Positions 36,557 to 46,273 of a stretch of DNA of 64,000 bases are shown here, in pieces. Both the position numbers and the translations under genes were made by a program. Position 1 is the first letter of the stretch. Every line of letters starts with the position of its first letter. The notes under the pieces were generated by a model. That model was not told the origin of the DNA and ran no database searches. It saw nothing but the letters and a program-made list of their open reading frames with translations. Source of the stretch: an uncultured bacterium (GTDB lineage: Bacteria; Chloroflexota; Limnocylindria; QHBO01); the NCBI GenBank assembly GCA_965652075.1, contig CBFGTN010000002.1:1372-65371 (forward strand), read 5' to 3'.

Positions 36557-37305
36557 CCCTCATCGTCGCGCACCGCGGGGCGTCGGCCCGTGCCCCGGAG
36601 AACACGATGGAGGCGTTCCGGCTCGGCCTTGCGGACGGCGCGGACGCGATCGAGCTCGACGTTCACCTCACCTCCGACGGGCAGCTGGCGGTCATCCACG
36701 ACGACACGCTCGACCGCACGACGGACCGCGGCGGGCCGGTTGCGGACCTGACGATGGACGACATCCGGGCGGCCGATGCCGGCGCCCGCTTCAGGCGAAC
36801 GGGCGACGACGAACCGTCGTTCGCCGGCCAGGGGCTCCGGGTGCCGGCGTTGCCGGAGGTCCTCGACTGGCTCCCCGACTCGGCGGGCCTCGTGATCGAG
36901 ATCAAGGCGCGCGCCGCCGCCGATGCCGTCGTCAAGGCCGTCGCCGACCACCCGGCGCGGGCGGACGGACGCCTCTCCGCGATCAGCTTCGACGAGGCGT
37001 CGATCGACCGGGTCCGCGAGCTCGATCCCGGCCTGCGGACCGGCTACCTGCTCGCGCCCGGCCAGGACTTCGACCTGGCCATCGCCTGGGCGGCCGGGCG
37101 CGGGCATGGGGCGGTGCATCCCTGGGAGCGCGACCTTGGCGACGATCCGATGCCGCGCCTGGCACAGGCAAAGACGCTCGGCCTCGAGATGGGCTGCTAC
37201 GTCGTCAACGAGCCGGACCGGATGCGGCTCCTCGCCGGCACCGGCCTGTGGGGGTTCGTGACGGACGTGCCCGACCTGGCGGTGGACCTGCTGCGCGCGA
37301 CCTAG
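36553..37305 (+). CDS. Glycerophosphodiester phosphodiesterase
   Basis: IVAHRGASARAPENT and IELDVHLTSDGQLAVIHD. ATGA overlap with the MFS gene. Confidence 0.88.
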   Translation: MTLIVAHRGASARAPENTMEAFRLGLADGADAIELDVHLTSDGQLAVIHDDTLDRTTDRGGPVADLTMDDIRAADAGARFRRTGDDEPSFAGQGLRVPALPEVLDWLPDSAGLVIEIKARAAADAVVKAVADHPARADGRLSAISFDEASIDRVRELDPGLRTGYLLAPGQDFDLAIAWAAGRGHGAVHPWERDLGDDPMPRLAQAKTLGLEMGCYVVNEPDRMRLLAGTGLWGFVTDVPDLAVDLLRAT

Positions 37306-37709
37306 ATCGGCTGCGACCCCGTTGCCGCCATCTCGCCGAGGGCCTCGCGGGCTCCAGCCGGATCGTCGACCCCGAAGGCGACGGTGATCCGCGTGCCCTG
37401 CACGCCGGTTGGCATGACGAGCTCGACGTTCACGCCCCGATCCGCGAGACGTCGGGCGGCAACCGCCAGTGAGCCCGGCTTGTCCTCGAGGCCCGCCGAG
37501 ACGACCTCGCAGTCGCGATAGGCGAGGTCGCGATCCTCGAGCACCGCGCGGGCGCCGGCGTCGTCGTTCGTGATCAGCGCGATCGCGCCCTCCCCGTCCC
37601 ACGTCGTGCCGGCGAGGCCGCTGATGTTGATGCCGCGCTCTCCCAGGGCCTCGCTGAGCGCAGCGAGCGTCCCGGGCCGATTCTCGAGCTTGACGATGAA
37701 TGCGCGCAC
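37302..37709 (-). CDS. ACT-domain protein
   Basis: Two ACT-like halves (FIVKLENRPGTLAALSEAL and GLEDKPGSLAVAARRLADRGVNV). GTG 37709 with GGAGG RBS. Confidence 0.7.
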   Translation of the reverse strand: MRAFIVKLENRPGTLAALSEALGERGINISGLAGTTWDGEGAIALITNDDAGARAVLEDRDLAYRDCEVVSAGLEDKPGSLAVAARRLADRGVNVELVMPTGVQGTRITVAFGVDDPAGAREALGEMAATGSQPI

Positions 37710-37822
37710 GCCATCACCTCCAACATCCCACTGACTGGTTCGGCCGTCGGCCGACGCGCGGGCACCGCGGTCAGTCCGGCCAGCTTGAGTGTACCGGGCG
37801 TGTCAGCCCCCACGGCGCGCGC

Positions 37823-39376
37823 TCAGCGGCGCTTGGTGAGGACGCCCAGGATGCTGCGGAGGATCGTGTTGAAGGTCCCGGAGCGCGCGATGCGCGCCCC
37901 CTCCTGCGCCACGTCCCCCCAGTCGACGCCACGCTCGGGCGCTCGCGTCGGCCGCATCTTTCGCTCGGCGGGCGACTCGGGATCCTCGACCCCCGCCATC
38001 GGCTCGCCGGCGGCCTCCGTGGCCCTGGCCATGCGCGCGGCGAGCAGCTCCTTGGCGGACTCCGGATCGCTGTCCGTGGCGTAGGTCGCCACGATCGACG
38101 ACGCGCCGACGACCGCGTCCACGACCTGTGGCGGGACCTGCGCCATGAGCGACATCGGCGGGCGCATCATCGTCCTCGCGGTCGGCAGCGGCCGGCCCTT
38201 GAGGTCGAGCGCTGTGATCAGCGCCTCTCCGGTCCCGAGCGCGGTGAGCTCCTCCTCGACGTCGTAGTGCTCCGTCGTCGGGAACGTGTCGGCGGTCGCC
38301 TTCACGACCTTCAGGTCGTCGGGCGTGAACGCGCGCAGCGCGTGCTGGACGCGGTTGCCGAGCTGGCCGAGGACCTCGGCGGGGACGTCGGACGGCGCGT
38401 GGGTGACGAAGAAGACGCCGACGCCCTTCGAGCGGATGAGGCGCGCCACGAGCTCGATCTGCTGCATGAACGTCTCGTTCGCGTCGCGGAACAGGAGGTG
38501 CGCCTCGTCGAAGAAGAACACGAGCTTCGGCTTCTCCGGATCGCCGATCTCCGGGAGCGACTCGTACAGGCTCGCGAGCAGCCACATCATGAAGGTGCTG
38601 AACAGCGCGGGGCGGTCCTGCATGTCGGCCAGCTCGAGGACGCTGACGATCCCGCGGCCGTCATCGGTCAGGCGCAGGAAGTCCTCCACCTCGAACTCGG
38701 GCGCGCCGAAGAACGCATCGGCCTCCTGCTGCTCGAGCTCGACGATCTTGCGGATGATCACGCCGGCGGTGGCGGTCGCGATGCCGCCGTACTCGGCCAT
38801 CTCGGCCTTGCCGGCATCGGAGTTCAGGTGGTTCACGAGCGCCCGCAGGTCCTCGAGATTGACGAGCGGCAGCTGCTTGTCGTCGGCGTACTTGAAGACG
38901 AGGGCCAGGACCGACTGCTGGGTGTCGTTCAGGTCGAGCACCTTGGCGAGGAGGATCGGCCCGAACGACGAGACCGATGCGCGAAGGCGCACGCCCTTGC
39001 CCTGCCGGTCGAGCGTCAGGAACTCGACGGGAACGGCCTTCGGCGCGTATCCGTCCGATCCGGTGGCGCGCGCTCGCTCGGCCAGCTTGTCGTTGAGCTC
39101 GGCCGGGGCGGCGAGCCCGCTGATATCGCCCTTGATGTCGCTGATGAAGACCGGCACGCCAGCGTCCGAGAGCTGCTCGGCGAGGACCTGGAGCGTCTTC
39201 GTCTTGCCGGTACCGGTCGCGCCGGCCACGAGGCCGTGGCGGTTCATCATCGCCAGCGGCACGCGGACCTTGACCGCCGGGAGCGCCTCGTCGCCGCGCA
39301 TCGCGGCGCCGAACGTCACGCCGGGAGCGTCGAAGCCGTAGGCGGCGGTGAGCTCGGCCTCGAGGTCGGTGGCCAT
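37823..39376 (-). CDS. HerA-like / DUF853 (YjgR-type) P-loop NTPase
   Basis: Walker A GLVAGATGTGKTKTLQVLAEQLS, Walker B LVFFFDEAHLLF. Overall YjgR-like length and layout. Confidence 0.8.
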   Translation of the reverse strand: MATDLEAELTAAYGFDAPGVTFGAAMRGDEALPAVKVRVPLAMMNRHGLVAGATGTGKTKTLQVLAEQLSDAGVPVFISDIKGDISGLAAPAELNDKLAERARATGSDGYAPKAVPVEFLTLDRQGKGVRLRASVSSFGPILLAKVLDLNDTQQSVLALVFKYADDKQLPLVNLEDLRALVNHLNSDAGKAEMAEYGGIATATAGVIIRKIVELEQQEADAFFGAPEFEVEDFLRLTDDGRGIVSVLELADMQDRPALFSTFMMWLLASLYESLPEIGDPEKPKLVFFFDEAHLLFRDANETFMQQIELVARLIRSKGVGVFFVTHAPSDVPAEVLGQLGNRVQHALRAFTPDDLKVVKATADTFPTTEHYDVEEELTALGTGEALITALDLKGRPLPTARTMMRPPMSLMAQVPPQVVDAVVGASSIVATYATDSDPESAKELLAARMARATEAAGEPMAGVEDPESPAERKMRPTRAPERGVDWGDVAQEGARIARSGTFNTILRSILGVLTKRR

Positions 39377-39410
39377 CGGGCGAGTGTAGTGCCCGCCGAT
39401 CCGCCGGCGC

Positions 39411-41540
39411 CTAGCCGCGGTTCGGGTCGATCCTCGGCAGGCGCGTCCGGCCGTCGACGAGGAAGTGGCGGAACCACTCGTCGATCAGCCGCAGGTTGTC
39501 GACGCGGCGGAACGGCGTGCCCGACCGCGTCAGCTCGTGCGACTCGTCCGGCGTGCGCATGAGCCGGACCGTCTTGCGCAGCGAGCGCAGGACCGCGAAC
39601 AGCTCCTCCGCCTGCGTGACCGTGCAGCGCAGGTCCTTCTCGGCATGCTGGATGAGGAGCGGCGTCGTCACCTCCGTCGCGTACGTCAGCGGGGAGTGGC
39701 GGTGGTAGAGGTCCCAGTCCTGCCACGGGTGAACGCCGTACTCGTGCAGCCCGAAGGTCGGTCCCCCGATGTCGCCGGACAGCATCTGGCTGATCATGTC
39801 GTTCACGGATCGGCACGTGACCGCCGCCTTGAAGCGGTCGGTGTGGCCGACGATCCACGATGTCAGGTAGCCGCCGTACGACCCGCCGGTCACCCCCATG
39901 CGATCGCCGTCGACGAGCCCGTCGGCGATCAGGCTGTCCAGGCCGCCCATGACATCCGACATCGGGCCATCGCCCCAGTCGCGCACGTTCGCCGTGAGAA
40001 ACGCCTGGCCGTATCCCTGCGATCCGCGCGGGTTGCAGGCGTAGACGCTGATGCCGGAGGCGGCGAGCTGCTGCCACTCCCACATCAGCGACCAGCCGTA
40101 GAGCGTGGCCGGTCCGCCGTGGATCTCGAGCACGACCGGGGCCGGCTCGCGCTTCGTGCTGGCCGGAGCCTGGATGAACCAGCCCTGGATCCGCCGGCCG
40201 TCGACCTCGTGCCAGCGCTCGACCGGCTCGACGAGCCGGACGTCCGCCCACGCCCGCATCAGGTCGCTCACCTCGCGCAGCTCGACGCGCTCGTTGCCGG
40301 TCATCGGGCGCCCGGGCACGTCGCCGACGACGACCTCCGGCGCGCGAGTCGCGGTCGCACGCGACGCGGCGACCCGGGCGCCGCCGCGCGGGAGGGGGAC
40401 GAGCGCGGTTCGCGAGAGGTACTGCCGATCGCCGGTCAGCCGCTCGAGCCGGCCGCCCTCGACCTCGACCCGCCAGAGCTCGAACGACCCGTCGACCGGT
40501 GCCCCGAACACGATCCAGCGGCCGTTCCCCATCCAGTGCAGGCGCGCCGGAGCGCCGCCGATGAGGTCGCTGTTCATGTTGCCGGCAGCGTCGAGGTCCG
40601 AGGCCTCGATGAGGTTCTGGTCCAGGCCGTCCCGGACGCGGAAGCGCCAGACCGATGACTGGTCGAGCTCTCCGCGCTTCCAGTCGCGACTCCCGATCGC
40701 CGCCACCCAGCGCCCGTCGGGTGACCACGCCGGCGCACCCCAGCCCTGCTTGCCGCGGCCGGTCGAGAGCTGTCGGACCGCCCCGCCGCGCGCATCGACC
40801 AGGTAGATGTCGGTCCGCCAGCCGAGATCGGGATTCGGATGGCGATCCGACACGAACGCGATCTGGCGGCCATCCGGCGACCACTGCGGATCGCGGTCGT
40901 GGTTCCGGCCGCGCGTCAGGAGCTCGGCCGAGCCCGACTCGGCGTCAACGAGCCACAGGCGGGTGAAGCGCTCGTTGACGAAACCGGCGCCATTGAACTG
41001 GTACCCGAGCGTGTCGATCAGCCGGGTGTCGGGCGCCGGCCCGTCCTCGGGCTTGCGCTCCGGCGTTCGCTCGGGCTCGGCGGACTCGGCCGTGCTGACG
41101 ACCGCGAGGCGCCGGCCATCGGGCGACCACGCGATCCCGTCGACGTCCTTCGGCAGGTCGGTGAGCTGGCGCGCCTCGCCGCCGTCGGAGAAGGGCAGGA
41201 CCCAGACCTGGGTGCCGCCCTCCTTCGGCGCCTCGGCCTTGCCGGGCTTCGCGCCGCCTCCACCGGCCTGGAGCACCGCCGCGCGATCGGAGAGGAACGC
41301 GATCCGCCGGCCGTCCGGCGACCACCGCGGCGTCGTGTCGTTCCTGCTGCCGACGGTCAGCTGACGGGCCGGGCTGCTCCCGTCCGCCGGCGCGACCCAC
41401 AGCGACGTGCGGTAGCCATCCTTGCCGGGGGCCACGCTCTTGACGGCGAAGGCGACGAAGCGCCCATCCGGCGAGAGGTCGAGGTCGGTCGGGACCCTGA
41501 GGTCGTAGAGGTCTTCCGGGCGCGGCGAGCGGGCGGCCAT
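39411..41540 (-). CDS. S9-family serine peptidase (beta-propeller plus prolyl-oligopeptidase catalytic domain)
   Basis: TolB-like repeats (SPDGRxxAF several times). Nucleophile GVTGGSYGGYLTSW. Catalytic His in PDESHEL. Confidence 0.88.
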   Translation of the reverse strand: MAARSPRPEDLYDLRVPTDLDLSPDGRFVAFAVKSVAPGKDGYRTSLWVAPADGSSPARQLTVGSRNDTTPRWSPDGRRIAFLSDRAAVLQAGGGGAKPGKAEAPKEGGTQVWVLPFSDGGEARQLTDLPKDVDGIAWSPDGRRLAVVSTAESAEPERTPERKPEDGPAPDTRLIDTLGYQFNGAGFVNERFTRLWLVDAESGSAELLTRGRNHDRDPQWSPDGRQIAFVSDRHPNPDLGWRTDIYLVDARGGAVRQLSTGRGKQGWGAPAWSPDGRWVAAIGSRDWKRGELDQSSVWRFRVRDGLDQNLIEASDLDAAGNMNSDLIGGAPARLHWMGNGRWIVFGAPVDGSFELWRVEVEGGRLERLTGDRQYLSRTALVPLPRGGARVAASRATATRAPEVVVGDVPGRPMTGNERVELREVSDLMRAWADVRLVEPVERWHEVDGRRIQGWFIQAPASTKREPAPVVLEIHGGPATLYGWSLMWEWQQLAASGISVYACNPRGSQGYGQAFLTANVRDWGDGPMSDVMGGLDSLIADGLVDGDRMGVTGGSYGGYLTSWIVGHTDRFKAAVTCRSVNDMISQMLSGDIGGPTFGLHEYGVHPWQDWDLYHRHSPLTYATEVTTPLLIQHAEKDLRCTVTQAEELFAVLRSLRKTVRLMRTPDESHELTRSGTPFRRVDNLRLIDEWFRHFLVDGRTRLPRIDPNRG

Positions 41541-41563
41541 CGGTCGATCGGTCTCCTTCGGGT

Positions 41564-41592
41564 GGGGATCGTTAGTCTAGTGAACGATCCCC
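41564..41592 (-). terminator. Perfect 10-bp stem hairpin downstream of trxB
   Basis: GGGGATCGTT-(9 nt)-AACGATCCCC lies 21 nt after the trxB stop and 24 nt upstream of the peptidase ATG. No U-tract. Confidence 0.4.
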
Positions 41593-41612
41593 GAGACGGT
41601 CAGGGCGGCGGG

Positions 41613-42626
41613 CTACCAATTCGTGGCGGTCGACGCCTCGGTCTCGCCGACCGACGCGAGCCAGCGCTCCGCGTCGATCGCCGCCTTGCAGCCGTCCCCG
41701 GCGGCGGTCACGGCCTGGCGGTAGTGGTGGTCGTGGACGTCGCCGGCGATGAAGACGCCCTCGACTCTCGACCCGGCCTCGCCGACGATCTCGAGGTAGC
41801 CACCGGGGCCGATGTCGAGCTGGTCGACGAAGAGGTCGGTGTTCGGCTTGTAGCCGATCGCGACGAACATGCCCTGCACGCCGAGCTCGCTCTCGTCGCC
41901 GGTCGCCGTGTCGCGCAGCGTCAGCGCGCTGACCGTCATCTCGCCGCGGACCTCGGTCACCTCCTTGTTCCAGAGGACCTCGATCTTCGGGTGGTTCAAC
42001 GCGCGGTCCTGCATGATCTTGCTGCCGCGGAACTCGCCGCGGCGCACGAGCATCGTGACCTTGTCGGCGAACCGGGTGAGGAACGTCGCCTCCTCGAGCG
42101 CCGTGTCGCCTCCGCCGACGACGGCGACCTCGCGACCGCGGAAGAAGAACCCGTCGCACGTTGCGCACGCGCTCACGCCGCGCCCGCGAAACTCCTCCTC
42201 GGACGGCAGGCCGAGCCACAGGGCGGATGCGCCGGTGGCCACGATCACGGAATCGGCGCGGTACTCGTCGTCGCCGACCCAGATCCCGAACGGGCGCGCG
42301 GAGAAGTCGACCCGCGTCGCGTCGCGGTCGAGGATCGTCGCTCCGAACCGCTCCGCCTGGTCGCGGAACTTCTGCATGAGCTCCGGTCCCTGGATGCCGT
42401 CGGGGAAGCCGGGATAGTTCTCGACGTCGGAGGTGATCATCAGCTGGCCCATCGGCACGTTGCCGGCGATCACGAGCGGCTCGAGGTTCGCGCGACCCGC
42501 GTAGATCGCGGCGGTGAGCCCTGCGGGGCCGGATCCGATGATCGCGACCTTGCGACGGGCGGTATCGGTGCGTTCGGCGTTCGAGGCGTCGGGCGTACCC
42601 GCGCCCGGTGGGACGGTGGCGGTCAT
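41613..42626 (-). CDS. trxB: Thioredoxin-disulfide reductase
   Basis: IIGSGPAGLTAAIYA, redox-active ACATCDGFFF, second dinucleotide fold VAVVGGGDTALEEA. Confidence 0.92.
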   Translation of the reverse strand: MTATVPPGAGTPDASNAERTDTARRKVAIIGSGPAGLTAAIYAGRANLEPLVIAGNVPMGQLMITSDVENYPGFPDGIQGPELMQKFRDQAERFGATILDRDATRVDFSARPFGIWVGDDEYRADSVIVATGASALWLGLPSEEEFRGRGVSACATCDGFFFRGREVAVVGGGDTALEEATFLTRFADKVTMLVRRGEFRGSKIMQDRALNHPKIEVLWNKEVTEVRGEMTVSALTLRDTATGDESELGVQGMFVAIGYKPNTDLFVDQLDIGPGGYLEIVGEAGSRVEGVFIAGDVHDHHYRQAVTAAGDGCKAAIDAERWLASVGETEASTATNW

Positions 42627-42733
42627 CTCGGCATCAGTCTACCGCCGGGCCCGGCCGCGGACGTCCCGCCTCGCGTTGCGGATTCGGCCTTCGACCCCGA
42701 AGATTGCCTCTCCGAACGAGGAGCCGCCCGAAG

Positions 42734-43432
42734 ATGGCCATCGGCAAGCGCCGCCCGTTGGCGCTCGGCGCTCGGACCGATGCGGCCGAGCTGCTCGACT
42801 CCGGCCGCCTGTCGCCCGACGAGGTCGAGGCCAACCTCGACGACCTCGCCAGGCTGAACCGCCTCCCGGGCGGGACCGATGCCAGCGTTCGCGCCATCGA
42901 ACGATTGATGGGCGGTCGCAACCCGGCTCGTATCCTCGACGTGGGAACCGGATCCGGCGACATGCCGATTGCCTTCGCCCGTCGCGGCTGGCGGGTCGTG
43001 GCGACCGACGTGAACCCGCAGGTCCTCGCCGTCGCGAGCGCGAGGCTGTCGGGCGCGCCGGGCATCGAGGTGGTCGAGGGCGACATCCTGGCCCTGCCAT
43101 TCGGGGACGGCTCGGTCGACGTCGCCCACTGCTCCCTCGTGCTCCATCACCTCGCCCCGACTGCCGCGGTGACGGCCCTGCGCGAGCTCGGTCGCGTCAG
43201 CCGGCACGGGGTCGTCGTCAACGACCTCCGACGAGGGCTCCTGCCGCTCGCGGCGACGTGGGTGTCGGTGCGGGCCCTCGGTCGCAGCTCCGTCACGCGC
43301 ACGGACGGCATGATCTCGGCTCGCAACGCATACACCGTCGCCGAGCTGGATCGGCTGCTGGCGGATGCCGGACTGACGGTCCGCTGGCGCTCCGCCGCGT
43401 GGCTTCCCCGCGTCGCGACCGCGGCCGCGTGA
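42734..43432 (+). CDS. Class I SAM-dependent methyltransferase
   Basis: Motif I ILDVGTGSGDM. ATG 42734 with GAGGAG 11 nt upstream. Confidence 0.8.
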   Translation: MAIGKRRPLALGARTDAAELLDSGRLSPDEVEANLDDLARLNRLPGGTDASVRAIERLMGGRNPARILDVGTGSGDMPIAFARRGWRVVATDVNPQVLAVASARLSGAPGIEVVEGDILALPFGDGSVDVAHCSLVLHHLAPTAAVTALRELGRVSRHGVVVNDLRRGLLPLAATWVSVRALGRSSVTRTDGMISARNAYTVAELDRLLADAGLTVRWRSAAWLPRVATAAA

Positions 43433-44601
43433 TGACGAGCTGCGACGTCCTGATCGCGGGAGCCGGGCCGGCGGGCGCGGCCCTCGCCGCCGGGCTCGCT
43501 CGCTCCGGCGCGCGTGTCATCGTCCTGGAGGCGGCGCGCCATCCGCGGCCGAAGGCGTGCGCCGAGTACGCGAGCCCACGGATCGTGGAGGAGCTCGCGC
43601 GGATCGGTCTCGAACCGGGCGCATGGCAGGCCGACGCGATCGCGCTGTCCGGGATGCGGCTCGTCGCCGGGCAGCGGAGCGCGATGATCAGCTACGCCGA
43701 CCGGCGAGGCCCGCGAACCGCATGGGGCCTCGATCGCACGCGCTTCGACGCCCTGCTGGCGGCCCACGCCGAAGGCGCCGGCGCCGAGCTGGTCGAGGGC
43801 ACGCGGCTCGTCGGGCTCGACGTGGAGGGCGGGCGCGTGACGAGTGTCACCGCGCGCTCCAGCGACGGGCGGCGACGGCGCATCGCCGTGGGCCTCGTCG
43901 TCGGCGCCGACGGCGTCCGATCGACCGTCGCGCGACTGACGGGGGTGGAGCGCCCGGTCCGCTTCCCGCGCCGGCTCGGCCTCGTGGCGCACTACGACGG
44001 CGACCCGGACCTCGCCGACCATGGCGAGATGCACGTCGGACGCGGCTACTACGTCGGGCTCGCCCCCCTTCCCGGCGGGCAGCTGAACGTCGGGATGGCC
44101 CTGCCGATGGACGGCCGCGCCCCGGCGGGCGAGCGCTTCGATGCGGCGATCGCCGGGCTGCCGGCGGTCGCCGGCCGGCTGGACGGGCGCGAGCGCCTGA
44201 CCCCGATCCGCGGCGCCTCGCCGATCGGCCATCGCGTGGCCGACGTCGCGGGTCCGGGCTGGCTGCTCGTCGGGGACGCCGCCGGGTTCGTCGACCCGTT
44301 CACCGGCGAGGGGATCCACCGCGCGCTCCGGTCGGCGCGCGCCGCCGCCGACGCGATCGTGCGCGGCGGCGACGTGAGCGGCGCCTACCGCCGCGAGCGG
44401 CGCGCGGCGTTCGCGGCGAAGTCGGCGCTCAGCTGGCTCGTCCAGGGCTTCCTCGCCGTGCCGCCACTGCTCGAGCACGCCCTCGACCGTCTGGACGCAC
44501 GGCCGCATGCGGCCCTGCGCCTCGGCTCCGCGCTGGGGGACTGCCGTCCGGCGACCGATGCGCTGGCGCCGCGCGCGATCCTCGAGGTCGTCGGGCCGTG
44601 A
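43432..44601 (+). CDS. FAD-dependent oxidoreductase, geranylgeranyl-reductase-like
   Basis: DVLIAGAGPAGAALA (GxGxxG) and GDAAGFVDPFTGEGI. TGATG overlap with the methyltransferase gene. Confidence 0.85.
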   Translation: MTSCDVLIAGAGPAGAALAAGLARSGARVIVLEAARHPRPKACAEYASPRIVEELARIGLEPGAWQADAIALSGMRLVAGQRSAMISYADRRGPRTAWGLDRTRFDALLAAHAEGAGAELVEGTRLVGLDVEGGRVTSVTARSSDGRRRRIAVGLVVGADGVRSTVARLTGVERPVRFPRRLGLVAHYDGDPDLADHGEMHVGRGYYVGLAPLPGGQLNVGMALPMDGRAPAGERFDAAIAGLPAVAGRLDGRERLTPIRGASPIGHRVADVAGPGWLLVGDAAGFVDPFTGEGIHRALRSARAAADAIVRGGDVSGAYRRERRAAFAAKSALSWLVQGFLAVPPLLEHALDRLDARPHAALRLGSALGDCRPATDALAPRAILEVVGP

Positions 44602-45041
44602 GGACCCGGATCCACCAGCTGATGCACGCCCCGTTCGAGCGCGTCTTCGCGCTCGCGGCCGACGTCGAGCGCTGGCCGGAGCTGCTCCCCCACTATCGCT
44701 ACGTGCGCCGCGTCCCCGACGCGGCCGACCGCCACTTCGAGATGGGTGCGCGCCGCGGGCCGATCCCGGTGCGCTGGCGCGCGATCCAGCGCCCACTCCC
44801 CGAGGAGCGTCGCATCGAGTTCGTGCACACCGGTGGCGTCACCCGCGGGATGGCGGTGGCGTGGCGGTTCGAGGAGCGCGGCGACGGCCTCGACGTGAGC
44901 ATCGAGCACGACCTCGAGCTCGGCTGGCCGCTGATCGGCGACTTCGCGGCCAGGCGCGTCATCGGCCCGCAGTTCATCGACGCGATCGCGGGACGGACCC
45001 TGCGCCGGGTCAAGGAGCTCGCGGAGGCCGTCGGCCCGTGA
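44598..45041 (+). CDS. SRPBCC (START/cyclase-dehydrase/COQ10-like) protein
   Basis: 147 aa. FERVFALAADVERWPELLPHY resembles the polyketide_cyc2/COQ10 N-terminus. GTGA overlaps on both sides. Confidence 0.65.
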   Translation: MRTRIHQLMHAPFERVFALAADVERWPELLPHYRYVRRVPDAADRHFEMGARRGPIPVRWRAIQRPLPEERRIEFVHTGGVTRGMAVAWRFEERGDGLDVSIEHDLELGWPLIGDFAARRVIGPQFIDAIAGRTLRRVKELAEAVGP

Positions 45042-46273
45042 GCGGGCGCCGCGTCGTCGTCACCGGGATCGGTGCGGTCACGCCGATCGGCACCGGCGCC
45101 GAGGGACTGTGGAGCGGCGTGCTCGCCAATCGGTCGGCGGTGCGCACGATCGATCGCTTCGACCCGACCCCCTTCCCGTCGCGCATCGCCGCGCAGATCG
45201 ACGACTTCGACCCGGCCAGCCACCTCGATCCGAAGCGCGCGCGCCGCCTCGACCGCTTCAGCGCCCTGAGCGTCACCGCGGCGCGACTCGCGGTCGAGCA
45301 CGCCGGCCTGCCGCTCCCTGACGGCGTCGCGTCGCGGACCGGCGTCTGGATCGGCTCAGCCCTCGGCGGGGTGGCGTACGGCGAGGAGCAGCACGCGGGC
45401 TACGTCGCGCGCGGGACGCACGGCGTCTCGCCGACCCTGGCGCTCGCCGTCTTCGGGGGCGCCGGCGCGAGCAACGTCGCGCTCGACCTGGGCCTCACCG
45501 GCCCATCGGTCGGCAACGCGAACTCGTGCGCGTCGGGGGCGATGGCGATCGGCCAGGCGTTCCACGCCGTCCGCGACGGGACCGTGGACCTCGCGCTCGC
45601 CGGCGGCGCCGAGGCACCGCTCGCGCCGCTGACCTTCGGCGCCTTCGCGCTCATCCGCGTGCTCTCCAACCGCAACGACGACCCGGCGGGCGCCTCGCGG
45701 CCGTTCGACCGGGATCGCGACGGCTTCGTCATGGGCGAGGCGGCGGCGATCCTCGTCCTCGAGGAGCTCGAGGCGGCGCGCGGTCGCGGCGCGACCCCGA
45801 TCGCGGAGGTCCTCGGCTTCGGCGCGAGCAACGACGCGTACCACATGACGGCGCCGCGGCCGGACGGGCGAGACGCCGGTCGCGCGATCCGCGACGCCCT
45901 CGGCGACGCCGGGCTGACCCCGGATCGGGTCGGATACGTCAATGCTCACGGCTCGAGCACGCCGCTCAACGAGCCGGCCGAGGCACGCGCGATCCGTGCC
46001 GCGCTCGGGGACGACGCCGACGGGGTCGCGGTGTCCGGGACGAAGGGCCTGTACGGACACGCCCTCGGCGCGTCCGGCGCGGTCGAGGCCGCGATCACCG
46101 CCATGGCCCTCCAGCGAGAGATCCTGCCGGGAACCTGCAACCTGCGGACGCTGGACCCCGCGATCGATCTCGACGTCCTCGCCGAGGCTCGACGCGGGCG
46201 TATCGACGTTGCGGTGACGAACTCGTTCGGGTTCGGCGGGATGAACGCGGTCCTGGCGCTCGGGCGCGCCTAG
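45038..46273 (+). CDS. Beta-ketoacyl synthase, KAS-II (FabF)-like
   Basis: RVVVTGIGAVTPIG. Active-site Cys in NANSCASGAMAIG. His in NAHGSSTPLNE and YGHALGASG. C-terminal NSFGFGGMNAVLAL. Confidence 0.88.
   Translation: MSGRRVVVTGIGAVTPIGTGAEGLWSGVLANRSAVRTIDRFDPTPFPSRIAAQIDDFDPASHLDPKRARRLDRFSALSVTAARLAVEHAGLPLPDGVASRTGVWIGSALGGVAYGEEQHAGYVARGTHGVSPTLALAVFGGAGASNVALDLGLTGPSVGNANSCASGAMAIGQAFHAVRDGTVDLALAGGAEAPLAPLTFGAFALIRVLSNRNDDPAGASRPFDRDRDGFVMGEAAAILVLEELEAARGRGATPIAEVLGFGASNDAYHMTAPRPDGRDAGRAIRDALGDAGLTPDRVGYVNAHGSSTPLNEPAEARAIRAALGDDADGVAVSGTKGLYGHALGASGAVEAAITAMALQREILPGTCNLRTLDPAIDLDVLAEARRGRIDVAVTNSFGFGGMNAVLALGRA

Noticed and set aside
37746-37755. 10-bp perfect palindrome GTCGGCCGAC in the ACT/DUF853 intergenic region.
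   Set aside because: It is a pure G/C-rich self-complementary decamer with no loop. Such sequences are expected by chance at this GC content, and there is no supporting context.
37823-39376. The HerA-like/DUF853 ATPase as part of a defence system.
   Set aside because: No partner nuclease, Sir2, NurA or other effector lies adjacent. The neighbours are an ACT-domain protein and an S9 peptidase in separate units. It fits the widespread stand-alone YjgR-type gene.
44598-45041. The SRPBCC protein as a RatA-type toxin of a toxin-antitoxin pair.
   Set aside because: It is embedded by GTGA overlaps between a flavoprotein and a ketosynthase. No small antitoxin-like partner is present.
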